Positions 36,785 to 45,247 of a stretch of 64,000 nucleotides of DNA are shown piece after piece (position 1 is the stretch's first letter; each line of letters opens with the position of its first letter). A program made the translations under genes and the position numbers. The stretch comes from Dehalococcoidia bacterium. Its GTDB lineage: Bacteria; Chloroflexota; Dehalococcoidia; Lucifugimonadales; UBA3495. The notes under the pieces are model-generated. The model saw only the letters and a list, made by a program, of their open reading frames with translations, searched no databases and was not told the DNA's origin. Where the stretch lies: positions 86,932 to 150,931 of the forward strand of contig CBDFHM010000011.1 of NCBI GenBank assembly GCA_965247605.1, read 5' to 3'.

Positions 36785-38212
36785 TTACGCCAATTGGAAC
36801 TCTCTGGTCGATGCAACCAGCCTTAGCATGTTGCCTACCCGCTGTTGGGCTTCGTCACCCGCTTGGTGGTCCCTCAGGTCCAGGTCACCTTCCCGTTTGG
36901 CATACTCCACCAGGGTATTCCGGCTCGAGTCAGAAACTTTGATGGGGCCGGCCAGGTCCAAGCAGCGGTCAACAAGCTCCTCTGGGGTCAACTTGCCACT
37001 ATCTTCCCGGGCCAAGCGGCCGATGATTGCCTGAACACCGGGCTTGGCCACGTTGCCCAATTCCTTTGCTACGAAGTTGACCCGCTCCACCAGGGCCCCG
37101 CTATCGATCCATTCCGTGCCTTCATGCCACCCTTCGACCGTGGGCGGCCTAAGAAGGCCTTGGCCCATGAAGAAGGACTGGTTGGTCACATTCTCGATGC
37201 CTAGGGTTGGAGTCTGGTAGCTGCCTGCCAGGCGCATGGCCCCTACCATCAACTCCACCGGTCCCTTCACCCGCGCGAACCGGGCGTCTTCCGACTTGAA
37301 ATAGTCGGAGTTAAATAGCGTGCGAAGCACCGACCTCATCTCGTAACCCGAGTCGAAGTAGGTCCGCATCATGTCCTTTACGGCGCTCTCGCCAGCCTCG
37401 TCAACTTCATCGGCGGCGAAGAACTGGAACAACCTGGTGCAAATGAAATGCGCCGTCGCTTCCTGCTTGACAATGATGTCGATGATGTCTTCGCCGTTGA
37501 AGTTACCGGTCTCACCCAGGAAGGTTTTCTCCCCGTCATCGTGGTCGTAGTCTCGATACTCAAAGAACCAGGCGATGCGGCTATAGGGCCAGATGGAGTC
37601 TTTGAAAGCCCGCATGGCCATGTACTCGGCGTTGCCCAGCGTCCATCCGGTGAAGGCCCGCGACGCCTCTTTAACGTCTTCTTCGCTGTAGTTGCCGATT
37701 CCCATGGCAAAAAGCTCCAGCAGCTCCCGGCCGTAGTTTTCATTGACGGCATCTTTGTGATTTTCGTTATTATCCAGCCAGTGAAGCATGGAAGGGTCCT
37801 TGGACAACTGCAGCAACAATTCGCGGAAACTGCCCAGGCCATCTCTGCGGAACATGTCGATCTGGTTTAGTAGAGCTCTGGCCTGGTTACCCTTGGCATA
37901 CCCAGTAGCGAATAGCCCGTGCCAAAAGAGTGTCATTTTTTCTTCCATCGGGCATTCGGTGGTAATCATCCGGTACATCCAGTAAGCGCCCGACGCAGAG
38001 AGGAGCCTCAACTCGGACTGCTCCGGGTGGTACCGCCGAATTAGGTCGTCTGGCAGGTTTTGGGGTTCCTGCGGATGCAGCAACTCCTCGACCACCGTCT
38101 CGTAGCCTTTGGACAAGTATCCTTCCAACTCGTCGCGCGTGGCGCCGAAACCAGCCCTACGCAGCAGGTGGGCCATCAGTGCGGTCTTGTCAGCAGTATC
38201 CGAACCACTCAT
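36785..38212 (-). CDS. DUF1800 protein (copy 2)
   Basis: LMAHLLRRAGFGATRDELE, LFWHGLFATG, NENYGRELLELFAMGIGNYSEEDVKE, WHEGTEWIDSG. Confidence 0.9.
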   Translation of the reverse strand: MSGSDTADKTALMAHLLRRAGFGATRDELEGYLSKGYETVVEELLHPQEPQNLPDDLIRRYHPEQSELRLLSASGAYWMYRMITTECPMEEKMTLFWHGLFATGYAKGNQARALLNQIDMFRRDGLGSFRELLLQLSKDPSMLHWLDNNENHKDAVNENYGRELLELFAMGIGNYSEEDVKEASRAFTGWTLGNAEYMAMRAFKDSIWPYSRIAWFFEYRDYDHDDGEKTFLGETGNFNGEDIIDIIVKQEATAHFICTRLFQFFAADEVDEAGESAVKDMMRTYFDSGYEMRSVLRTLFNSDYFKSEDARFARVKGPVELMVGAMRLAGSYQTPTLGIENVTNQSFFMGQGLLRPPTVEGWHEGTEWIDSGALVERVNFVAKELGNVAKPGVQAIIGRLAREDSGKLTPEELVDRCLDLAGPIKVSDSSRNTLVEYAKREGDLDLRDHQAGDEAQQRVGNMLRLVASTREFQLA

Positions 38213-38278
38213 TTTTTCTCCGGTGAATTCGATTATCGATTTTCTTAATTTTAACTAAAGGAAGAGCTAGGCCGTTAC

Positions 38279-39412
38279 TTAGGCTCTAACCAGGTCAAAC
38301 GGCTCAAATTGGCCGTTCACGATTGAAGGGGCGTCCAACTCCAAGACCTGGTCCAAGATTGAGGTGTAGGTGGAGCGAAAGTCGCTGTTCGCTTTAAGGT
38401 CGCCTTCCAGTTGGTCGGGCTCCTTAAGCGAAGGATATTCGCCGAACATCCCGCCATTGACGTTGCCACCGATGAGGAAAGCGCCACCGCCTGAACCGTG
38501 ATCGCATCCCGATCCGTTGTCTTTAATTCTCCGGCCAAACTCCGTAAAGATCAGTATGGTGACATCGTCTTCCCGGCCGTGTTCTTTCAAATCTTCCATG
38601 AAGTCGCCCACGGCGTTGGACACGTTCTTCCAGTTCCCGTTATGGGTCGGGAGTTCTCCGGAGTGGGTGTCATAGCCTCCGTGGGAAGTGTAATAAATAC
38701 GGGTCCCCAAGTCGGCAAAAAGTACCTGGGCTATGCTCTTCATGCTCTTGGCCAATTCGTGGGGCGCATACTCGACATCTGACGAGTACATCGCCGGCGC
38801 AGTCCGCAGAATGTCGGCGCCCTTCAGGGCATCGTTTCCTGTTTGCCCCAAGTAGTCCATCACCGCGTTTTTGCCTTTATCCCCGCCGTACATCATGGAG
38901 AAGGCCTCCAGGCTATACTGGCGCAACGTCTCATCCTGGATGTCAGTAAACAGCCCGTAGGTCTCCAAGTCGCCAACCGAAGCTACCGGTACCCCGCGAC
39001 ATCCCAGGGCTCGGGGCAACCCCCGGCCGAAGTTGATGCCGGTCAAAACATTCTCGCCCTTGGGGTCCAGATCCCGAATAGCCCGGCCCAGCCAACCCTC
39101 GGTGCCGATCGCGTCCGGCTCGGCTGTGTGCCAAATATCCATGGACCGGAAGTGGGAGCGGTTGGGATTGACGTATCCAATACCGTTGACGATAGCGACC
39201 TTCCCTTGATCCCAAAGCCCTTTGATCTCGGGCATGTTAGGGTTAAAGCCCAGTTGGTCGTTGATGGGTAGCACCTCGTCCGCCGCAATGCTGATCGCCG
39301 GGCGAGAGTCGTAGTACAGCCCCTCGTTATACGGAACGACGGTATTCATATAGTCGTTACCGCCGGTTAACTGTATTACCACGAGAGATTTGTCCCGCTT
39401 AGTTGTAGCCAT
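38279..39412 (-). CDS. DUF1501 protein (copy 2)
   Basis: MATTKRDKSLVVIQLTGGNDYMNT, RSHFRSMDIWHT, FTEFGRRIKDNGSGCDHGSGG. Confidence 0.9.
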   Translation of the reverse strand: MATTKRDKSLVVIQLTGGNDYMNTVVPYNEGLYYDSRPAISIAADEVLPINDQLGFNPNMPEIKGLWDQGKVAIVNGIGYVNPNRSHFRSMDIWHTAEPDAIGTEGWLGRAIRDLDPKGENVLTGINFGRGLPRALGCRGVPVASVGDLETYGLFTDIQDETLRQYSLEAFSMMYGGDKGKNAVMDYLGQTGNDALKGADILRTAPAMYSSDVEYAPHELAKSMKSIAQVLFADLGTRIYYTSHGGYDTHSGELPTHNGNWKNVSNAVGDFMEDLKEHGREDDVTILIFTEFGRRIKDNGSGCDHGSGGGAFLIGGNVNGGMFGEYPSLKEPDQLEGDLKANSDFRSTYTSILDQVLELDAPSIVNGQFEPFDLVRA

Positions 39413-39754
39413 TCAGTAATTACCTCACCTGACAACTGATTGTTGGAACTCAGTTAATAATTTCCAGTGTACAAGCGAACGAAATCCGGCTGGATACTCC
39501 GCAGCTCGCGCCACCACCGGCCGGTCGATATCTTCACTGTAAAAGTCGTGTTGGGTGGACAGCTTCTTTGTCCTGTTTGAGATGTTTTCTGACTCCATTG
39601 GCACAAATTGTACATTCGGGAATCGATGCAATCAATTGGCGATTCCGGCCAATCCGCTATTCCGGTATTGGCGAACCGCCCAACGGCGGGGTAATGGCAT
39701 CATGTTTGGCCACCGGCCACATGGCTTACGACTGGCTGAATTTCTCGTACCGTT

Positions 39755-39763
39755 TGGTATAAT
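39755..39763 (+). promoter_or_regulatory. Extended -10 promoter candidate (TGgTATAAT) upstream of the tRNA
   Basis: TGGTATAAT sits about 100 nt upstream of tRNA-Arg. The -35 is poor (CTGAAT at 17-bp spacing). Confidence 0.3.
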
Positions 39764-39861
39764 CACCTAATCAGGCAGTGCCCTTCATAGAGGCGTTGCT
39801 TCCAATATTGCGGCAAAGCCATTATGCCCCTGATAATGGTTCTCGGTTAACCACCAAGCAC

Positions 39862-39937
39862 GTCCCAGTAGCTCAGGGGATAGAGCGGCTGCCTTCTAAG
39901 CAGCGGGTCGCGGGTTCGAATCCTGCCTGGGACGCCA
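39862..39937 (+). tRNA. tRNA-Arg (anticodon TCT), CCA encoded
   Basis: Folded by hand: acceptor GTCCCAG/CTGGGAC, D arm GCTC-AGGGGATA-GAGC, anticodon arm GCTGC-CTTCTAA-GCAGC (anticodon TCT), variable GGGTC, T arm GCGGG-TTCGAAT-CCTGC, discriminator G, CCA. 76 nt. Confidence 0.9.
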
Positions 39938-40140
39938 CTTAAATCCTTTAGAACAGCTACACAATGCTATCTAACTTCCAATTCTAGCTACAATTTAGCT
40001 ATAAACTGTCAGTCCTATAGTGTATTGTATAGTCTCTTAACGTCCTATATAGTCCGCACGAAAACGTATGACGTAACGATAGACGTGCCAATTCAGAGCC
40101 ACTGTTCGGCCCTTAATACAATTGGGCACAGGGTAATAAC

Positions 40141-41313
40141 ATGCCGCAACGCAAAGGGAAGCATCCACACAACTCGCTTAGCGCAGCTTTCGTTAACACC
40201 GTTAAACAACCGGGTCGCTATGCTGACGGGAACGGACTGTATCTCCGGGTGGACCCCTCGGGGCGCAAGGGATGGACCCAAAAGATAACCATCCACAGCA
40301 AGCGGCGGGACTTGGGCTTGGGTGGTTATCCCCTGGTATCTCTCAAGGAAGCTAGAGAAAAGGCTCTGTTCAATCGGCGATTGGCCCGTTCTGGCGGCGA
40401 CCCCTTGGCAGAAAAACGCAAGGTTGCTGTCCCCACCTTCGCTGAAGCTGTCGAACAGGTGATAGCCTTGAACGCTCCTACTTGGCGCAACGCCAAGACT
40501 GCTGCATTGTGGACCGCCCGCCTGGAAACCTACGCTCTCCCGCAACTAGGGGACATGCCAGTAAACCGGATAACCCCTGCCGACGTGCTGGGAGTTCTCA
40601 TCCCGGTATGGACATCCAAGCGGGCGGTGGCCCAAAAGCTGAAGCAGTACATTCACAGCGTTATGGACTGGGCTGTTGTCAAGGGCTGGCGGCAGGACAA
40701 CCCGGCCAGCGCGGTAGCCGCCGTGCTGCCTAGAACCGAAGGGGCCAAGTCCCACTTCGATGCCCTACCCTACGCGGGGGTCCCAGCGGCGCTGGAGTTC
40801 ATACGGGCGTCCACTACCAAGCCCGCCACCCGGCTGGCGCTGGAGTTCTTGGTACTGACTGCCGCCCGCTCCGGTGAAATTCGTGCCGCCAGGCGGGAAG
40901 AAGTCTCTCTGGACTCCCGGGTCTGGACCGTTCCGGCGGCGCGGATGAAGGCAGGCAGGGAGCACCGCGTACCGTTGTCGAGGCGCGCCCTGGACATCCT
41001 GGAAGAGGCGCGCAGCCTGGATGACGGTCCCGGGCTGATTTTCCCCGGACGTTGGGGCAGACCGTTGTCGGATATGACTTTCACGGCGTTGCTCCGGCGG
41101 CTGAACATCCCCTGCGTACCCCACGGATTCCGCTCCAGCTTCCGGGACTGGGCGGCTGAGCAAACCGATGCACCGCACGCGGTCATGGAGGCGGCTTTAG
41201 CACATGTTGTGGGAAACTCTACCGAAGCCGCCTATTTTCGCTCGGACCTGTTCGAGCGGCGGAGGACGCTTATGATCCAATGGGCGGACTATCTGTGTGA
41301 GAGCGATGTGTGA
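40141..41313 (+). CDS. Tyrosine integrase, P4-like (DUF4102 arm-binding N-terminus)
   Basis: LSAAFVNTVKQPGRYADGNGLYLRVDPSGRKGWTQKITI...LGGYPLVSLKEAREKA. Catalytic part has LTAARSGE, HRVPLS, HGFRSSFRDWAAE, LAHVVGNSTEAAYFRSD. Lies 200 nt downstream of the tRNA. Confidence 0.95.
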   Translation: MPQRKGKHPHNSLSAAFVNTVKQPGRYADGNGLYLRVDPSGRKGWTQKITIHSKRRDLGLGGYPLVSLKEAREKALFNRRLARSGGDPLAEKRKVAVPTFAEAVEQVIALNAPTWRNAKTAALWTARLETYALPQLGDMPVNRITPADVLGVLIPVWTSKRAVAQKLKQYIHSVMDWAVVKGWRQDNPASAVAAVLPRTEGAKSHFDALPYAGVPAALEFIRASTTKPATRLALEFLVLTAARSGEIRAARREEVSLDSRVWTVPAARMKAGREHRVPLSRRALDILEEARSLDDGPGLIFPGRWGRPLSDMTFTALLRRLNIPCVPHGFRSSFRDWAAEQTDAPHAVMEAALAHVVGNSTEAAYFRSDLFERRRTLMIQWADYLCESDV

Positions 41314-41689
41314 GGATCAGAGCTATGGGCAGGACCCGGACCTGCTGAGGGCTATGCAGGATCAGGCCAAGGAGCACAACCCCTCGGCCATCTTCGTCGA
41401 AGACGCGGCCAGCGGGCAGTCGGTGGTCCAGAGCCTCCGGCGCGAGACCAGGCTGCCGGTGTTGCCAGTCAAGCCCGTGGGAGACAAGGTGCTGCGGGCC
41501 AACCGGGTCACCGGAACCGTGGAGGCCAAGAAGATCACGCTCCCAAGGACAGCCCCGTGGCTTCAGGCTTTCCGCGAGGAGCTGGCAGCCTTCCCCAACG
41601 GAGTCCATGACGACCAGGTGGACGCCTTCGTGGGCTGTCTCACGCAGTTCATGGGCAGGGCTGGAGGCATTGGCGGGTTCTATATATAG
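41297..41689 (+). pseudogene. Terminase large subunit, C-terminal (nuclease) fragment only
   Basis: IFVEDAASGQSVVQSLRRET.LPVLPVKPVGDKVLRANRVTGTVEAKKITLP..APWLQAFREELAAFPNGVHDDQVDAFVGCL: the typical terminase C-terminal block. The ATPase two-thirds is absent, and the fragment overlaps the integrase stop. Confidence 0.7.
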
Positions 41690-41752
41690 GTGGAGGGCAC
41701 AGGATACATTTGCAGTAAGGAGGCTTTCGGTGCCTGAGAAAGAGGGATAGGG

Positions 41753-41959
41753 ATGCCGCTCAGTGAGCACGAGGAGAGGGCGTCAGAGTCGCTTTTGAAG
41801 TTCCAAGAGATTGTAACCAGTGATTGGGGACTGCGTGCGAATAGTGCGGAATTCTACGGAGCTATACACACTCTTCAGTCATTTATCGTCCAGCACATGC
41901 TCCAGCGCCAGGAGCCAGAGTATTGGGCATCATGGTATCAGAAGGCGCCCGATGCCTAA
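41753..41959 (+). CDS. Hypothetical 68-aa protein
   Basis: GAGGG 7 nt upstream of the ATG. Non-repetitive, balanced composition. No recognisable motif. Confidence 0.35.
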   Translation: MPLSEHEERASESLLKFQEIVTSDWGLRANSAEFYGAIHTLQSFIVQHMLQRQEPEYWASWYQKAPDA

Positions 41960-41974
41960 GAAGGAGGACACACG

Positions 41975-42499
41975 ATGATACTTGGACGACAGATGCTAGC
42001 GATGCGGGGCATGTTGGGCTTGGTGAGACGGCCCAGAGGCGGCGTCCAGCGCGCCAACGAACCCTACGCCGCCATGGCCCAGGCGGGCGGCGGTACAGGG
42101 CTTACCACGGAGCAGATCACCCAGTGGATGAACAACCTCGGCAAGAGACAGTCGGGTGGTGTGGAGGGCTACTACCGCACCTCTGTTCCGGTCTACAGGG
42201 CGATAAAGCTACGGTCGGACGCCGTTGCCCGCACCCGGCTCAAGGTCTACCGCCAGGACTCTGACGATGAGTTGGAGTGGGTGGGTGAGGACGACCCTGT
42301 GCAGGGACTCCTTGACCGGGTGAATCAGGACTGGACGAGGCTTCAGCCGCGTCGTTGGCCTTGGAGATCATCGACGGGGTGTTTCGAGGCTGGCATACCG
42401 GAGGGTTGGTCGATGAAGAGGTGGTGGCCCACTCCGCCAGGCTGTCGGGATATCACAAGCGAAGGCTCATTCAGACGTTCAGGACGGCGCTCGGTATAG
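41975..42499 (+). pseudogene. Phage portal protein, N-terminal ~120 aa, then out-of-frame tail
   Basis: YYRTSVPVYRAIKLRSDAVARTRLKVYRQD...EDDPVQGLLDRVNQDWT is the usual start of an HK97-type portal. Similarity ends near 42345, and the remainder is R/W/P-rich junk. Confidence 0.65.
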
Positions 42500-42951
42500 A
42501 TATCCGGCCCAGGCTCTTGGACTCGGCCATCGAGCCGCTGATGTCGGCGTGGCGCCGTGAGAACATCTCGCTCATACGGACTATCCCAGAGCGGTTCCAC
42601 GGGTCGCTGTACCAGCGGGTGAGTGAGACGTTCGCGCAGCAGCCCTTTGACCAGCAGGCGCTATCGAAGGTGCTGAACCGAGAGTTCAAGGTATCGGGCA
42701 GCAACCTACGGCGCATCACAAGAGACCAGACCTCAAAGGCCGTTGGTCAGTTGACCCATGCGAGACACCGGCAGCTAGGGATACAGGAATACACCTGGCG
42801 GACGTCCCAAGATGAGCGGGTCCGCGTGACGCACCAGGCACTGGAAGGCAGCCCACAGAAGTGGGACAGCCCTCCGGCGGTAGGCCACCCTGGTGAAGAC
42901 ATCATGTGTCGATGCGTGGCCATCCCGGTCATCGAGGAAGCCGATGGCTGA
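42355..42951 (+). CDS. Phage head-morphogenesis protein (SPP1 gp7 / Mu F family), probably N-terminally truncated
   Basis: YTWRTSQDERVRVTHQALEGSPQKWD......GHPGEDIMCRCVAIPV matches the W.T..D.RVR..H..l.G....hp.CRC signature. Starts at TTG. Confidence 0.75.
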   Translation: MALEIIDGVFRGWHTGGLVDEEVVAHSARLSGYHKRRLIQTFRTALGIDIRPRLLDSAIEPLMSAWRRENISLIRTIPERFHGSLYQRVSETFAQQPFDQQALSKVLNREFKVSGSNLRRITRDQTSKAVGQLTHARHRQLGIQEYTWRTSQDERVRVTHQALEGSPQKWDSPPAVGHPGEDIMCRCVAIPVIEEADG

Positions 42952-43102
42952 GCGGACGGCGGCGCCTCAGACGGACTACAAGCCCCGCTGTTGGCGATGC
43001 CACCGGGTGCTTGCGGCGCGGCTGTCGAGGCCATGGGAGATATGTTGCAGGCGGTGCAAAGCTGTAAACGTTCGTGAGGCCGGTCTCACAACAACGGCGT
43101 GA
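42944..43102 (+). CDS. Com-like zinc-ribbon protein (52 aa)
   Basis: RCWRCHRVLAARLSRPWEICCRRCKAVNV has the CxxC..L.......eI.CxRCk..N layout of Mu Com-type proteins. The ATG overlaps the upstream stop. Confidence 0.5.
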   Translation: MAERTAAPQTDYKPRCWRCHRVLAARLSRPWEICCRRCKAVNVREAGLTTTA

Positions 43103-43195
43103 TGTGATAGCACTCTAGAATCACTGACCCCAGCTTCCACAATTGATCCGGAAGGCTACCATGTTGGGCAGAGACGGCCAAAATTAGTTTTCCAC

Positions 43196-43627
43196 ATGGT
43201 GCTCCTTGACGGAATATGTCAGACTAAAATCATGGAGGGAATACAGGCAGCATTACAAAACAAGATAGGGGACTTGGCACAGGCCAAGCAGAGGAGCAAG
43301 CGCCTCCAATCAGAGGAAGCGCGCTATACGTTTGTTTTGCATTCCGCTCGCAAGAAACTCGGCATCACCATCAATGAGTACTGCCTAACGGACACGATCC
43401 ATAAGCTGTCGAGCAACAGAAGCAGCGTACCTGGCTGGTGCTATGCCGCCAAGGAGAGCCTTGCTAATGGTTTGGGTCTGTCCCGCCAATCGATCCACAC
43501 CATGATAAATAAACTGAAAAAGCTCGACTTGGTAGAGGTAGATTCAGAGACCGGATATGTTCGCACAACTGAAGTATGGCGGGCTGAGGTAGAGGTCACC
43601 AAAGACCGAGTGTTCGGGACTAGATAG
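43196..43627 (+). CDS. Winged-helix DNA-binding protein (possible replication initiator or regulator)
   Basis: ESLANGLGLSRQSIHTMINKLKKLDLVEVDSETGYVRTT is wHTH-like. The stretch is visibly more AT-rich than its surroundings. An alternative start is at 43232. Confidence 0.55.
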   Translation: MVLLDGICQTKIMEGIQAALQNKIGDLAQAKQRSKRLQSEEARYTFVLHSARKKLGITINEYCLTDTIHKLSSNRSSVPGWCYAAKESLANGLGLSRQSIHTMINKLKKLDLVEVDSETGYVRTTEVWRAEVEVTKDRVFGTR

Positions 43628-43632
43628 CCAGT

Positions 43633-43752
43633 GTCAAACTTTTGACAGGGTGTAAAGAAACTTTACACGGTGTCGCCTGGCTATCCACAGGTGTAGAAAA
43701 TCATGACGCAAAGCGTCAAGAAAGTTTACGAAGGCGTAAATAATCTTGACAC
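43633..43752. promoter_or_regulatory. Array of AT-rich palindromes (operator or origin candidate)
   Basis: GTCAAA-CT-TTTGAC (43633-43646). GTGTAAAG-AAA-CTTTACAC (43650-43668). GTCAAGAAAGTTTACG-AAGG-CGTAAATAATCTTGAC (43715-43750, 13/16 matching arms). Followed by ATAGATATAGATAAACATAAATATA. Confidence 0.5.
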
Positions 43753-43854
43753 TATAGATATAGATAAACATAAATATACCAACAAACGGCTCTCCTCAAG
43801 GAGGCTCCCTATCGGGAATGAACTGGTTGGGGCCGTCGGTCAGGCTTAACAACC

Positions 43855-43993
43855 CCGCCCGACTCCGAGTTTTCCCCACCAGCCCTCTACTTGAGTTAGT
43901 ACAACATGCTGCGAGAGGGGAGGGCTGGTGGCTCCGTCCAAAGGACTTCGGGCCGTCACTAACGCGCCGACCGAAAAACTCGGAGTCGGGCGG
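43855..43993. repeat. Nested long inverted repeat (19-bp outer arms, 12-bp inner arms)
   Basis: Outer arm CCGCCCGACTCCGAGTTTT (43855-43873) pairs with AAAACTCGGAGTCGGGCGG (43975-43993). Inner arm CCACCAGCCCTC (43876-43887) pairs with GAGGGCTGGTGG (43920-43931). Confidence 0.7.
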
Positions 43994-44078
43994 CCTCCAC
44001 CGCCGACGGCCCCCACTGGCTGCCCGCGCCAGCCGCAGCTGGCCAGCGCGCTACTAGTCCAACTAACTCCAACTACCT

Positions 44079-44954
44079 ATGGCCAAATACACCTACAAGC
44101 GGTTCGCTCGAAATCCAGACCTCAAACCATTCCGCATGCAGGAACGAGACGTAGAACTGCTCCGACTGCTGGCAGACTACCGCTTCCTGGACACCTACCA
44201 AATCGCCTCGCTCCAACCCCGTGGACTGCGTAATCTGCGCCGCCGCTTGCAATATCTATTCCATGCTGGCTTGGTGGACCGACCGCCCAGGCAACACGAC
44301 TTTTTGAAGCCGCCAATGCCTTTGGTGTACGGTCTCGCTAACAAAGGGGCCGACACCTTAGCCGAGGTGCTAGAAATCGACCGAGGAAAGATCGATTGGC
44401 AGACCAAGAATAGGGAGGCTGGACTCCCTTACATCGACCACACCCTGATGATTTCTAGGTTTCGAGCAACACTAACCTTGGCGCTAAACTCCCTCGGCGA
44501 CACCTGCATGACTACCTGGCAGGAAGGGCCTCGATTGAAGGCAGGGGTTAAGTTCAAAGGCCAGCGTTTGGCTGTAGTCCCGGACGGCTTCTTCACCATC
44601 GAGCACAAAGGTCAGGACCACCATTTCTTTTTGGAGGCAGACCGTTCCACCATGACCAATGGACGATTCTTCCGCAAACTGCGGGCCTACTGGCTTTGGT
44701 GGAAAGCAGGTGGCCACAAGCGAAAGTTCGGCATCCCCCGATTTAGGGTTTTGACCGTAACCACCAGCGAAAAACGTAAAGAGAATCTCAGGAAACTTGC
44801 GAGGTTAGCTGACGATGGGAAGCGCGGTAGCCCCATGTTCTTATTTGCCTGTGACAAGAGCTTCAGCTTAGACGACCCCCAGACGATCCTTCAACCCATC
44901 TGGCGAACCCCTCTGAATGATACCGTGCACCCGCTACTATCAGATCTCCATTGA
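44079..44954 (+). CDS. Replication-relaxation family protein
   Basis: MQERDVELLRLLADYRFLDTYQIASL......LRRRLQYLFHAGLVDR...HTLMISRF...VVPDGFFTIE......FFLEADRSTM matches the family layout (wHTH plus nuclease-like core). Confidence 0.7.
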   Translation: MAKYTYKRFARNPDLKPFRMQERDVELLRLLADYRFLDTYQIASLQPRGLRNLRRRLQYLFHAGLVDRPPRQHDFLKPPMPLVYGLANKGADTLAEVLEIDRGKIDWQTKNREAGLPYIDHTLMISRFRATLTLALNSLGDTCMTTWQEGPRLKAGVKFKGQRLAVVPDGFFTIEHKGQDHHFFLEADRSTMTNGRFFRKLRAYWLWWKAGGHKRKFGIPRFRVLTVTTSEKRKENLRKLARLADDGKRGSPMFLFACDKSFSLDDPQTILQPIWRTPLNDTVHPLLSDLH

Positions 44955-45079
44955 TTGAATATATTGGGTCCAACAGCAGAAACAATAGGATGTCTCCGAT
45001 TCACTCGTGTAGCCCACGTAAAACGTCTTAAAGGGCCTCTAATGTGCCTTATATGCCCCATCGATACATATTGGTGGCG

Positions 45080-45116
45080 CTAGGGGAAGAGGCGTTGTTT
45101 CCGCCTCTTCCCCTAG
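45080..45116. repeat. Perfect 15-bp-stem hairpin with TTGTTTC loop
   Basis: CTAGGGGAAGAGGCG-TTGTTTC-CGCCTCTTCCCCTAG. There is no flanking T-run on either strand. Confidence 0.85.
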
Positions 45117-45247
45117 CTGAAACCTGCTTGTCCCTATCTACCCCGCCATTGTTTCCGCTGGCGAATTCTACGCCGTGGAAACAATGCCTGGGACAGAAAC
45201 AATCCAGCTCTTGTCAATTCTTGCGAACCCACCCCCAGCCAATGTGG

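Noticed and set aside
39425-39631. 68-aa minus-strand ORF and small plus-strand ORFs between DUF1501 copy 2 and the tRNA
   Set aside because: They have no RBS or motifs and overlap one another in different frames. The region more likely holds promoters and the tRNA leader.
43818-44233. Plus-strand ORFs 43818-44057 and 43928-44233 upstream of the replication-relaxation gene
   Set aside because: They run through the nested inverted repeat, are P/R-rich, and the second overlaps the well-supported 44079 gene in another frame.
45185-45194. TGCCTGGGAC, identical to 10 nt of the tRNA-Arg 3' end (39924-39933), as a possible attR bounding a 5.3-kb sub-element
   Set aside because: A 10-nt match is within chance expectation for a 24-kb search with several possible words. 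The flanking bases do not extend the match. It is noted only because it falls exactly at the module boundary, and comparative data are needed.
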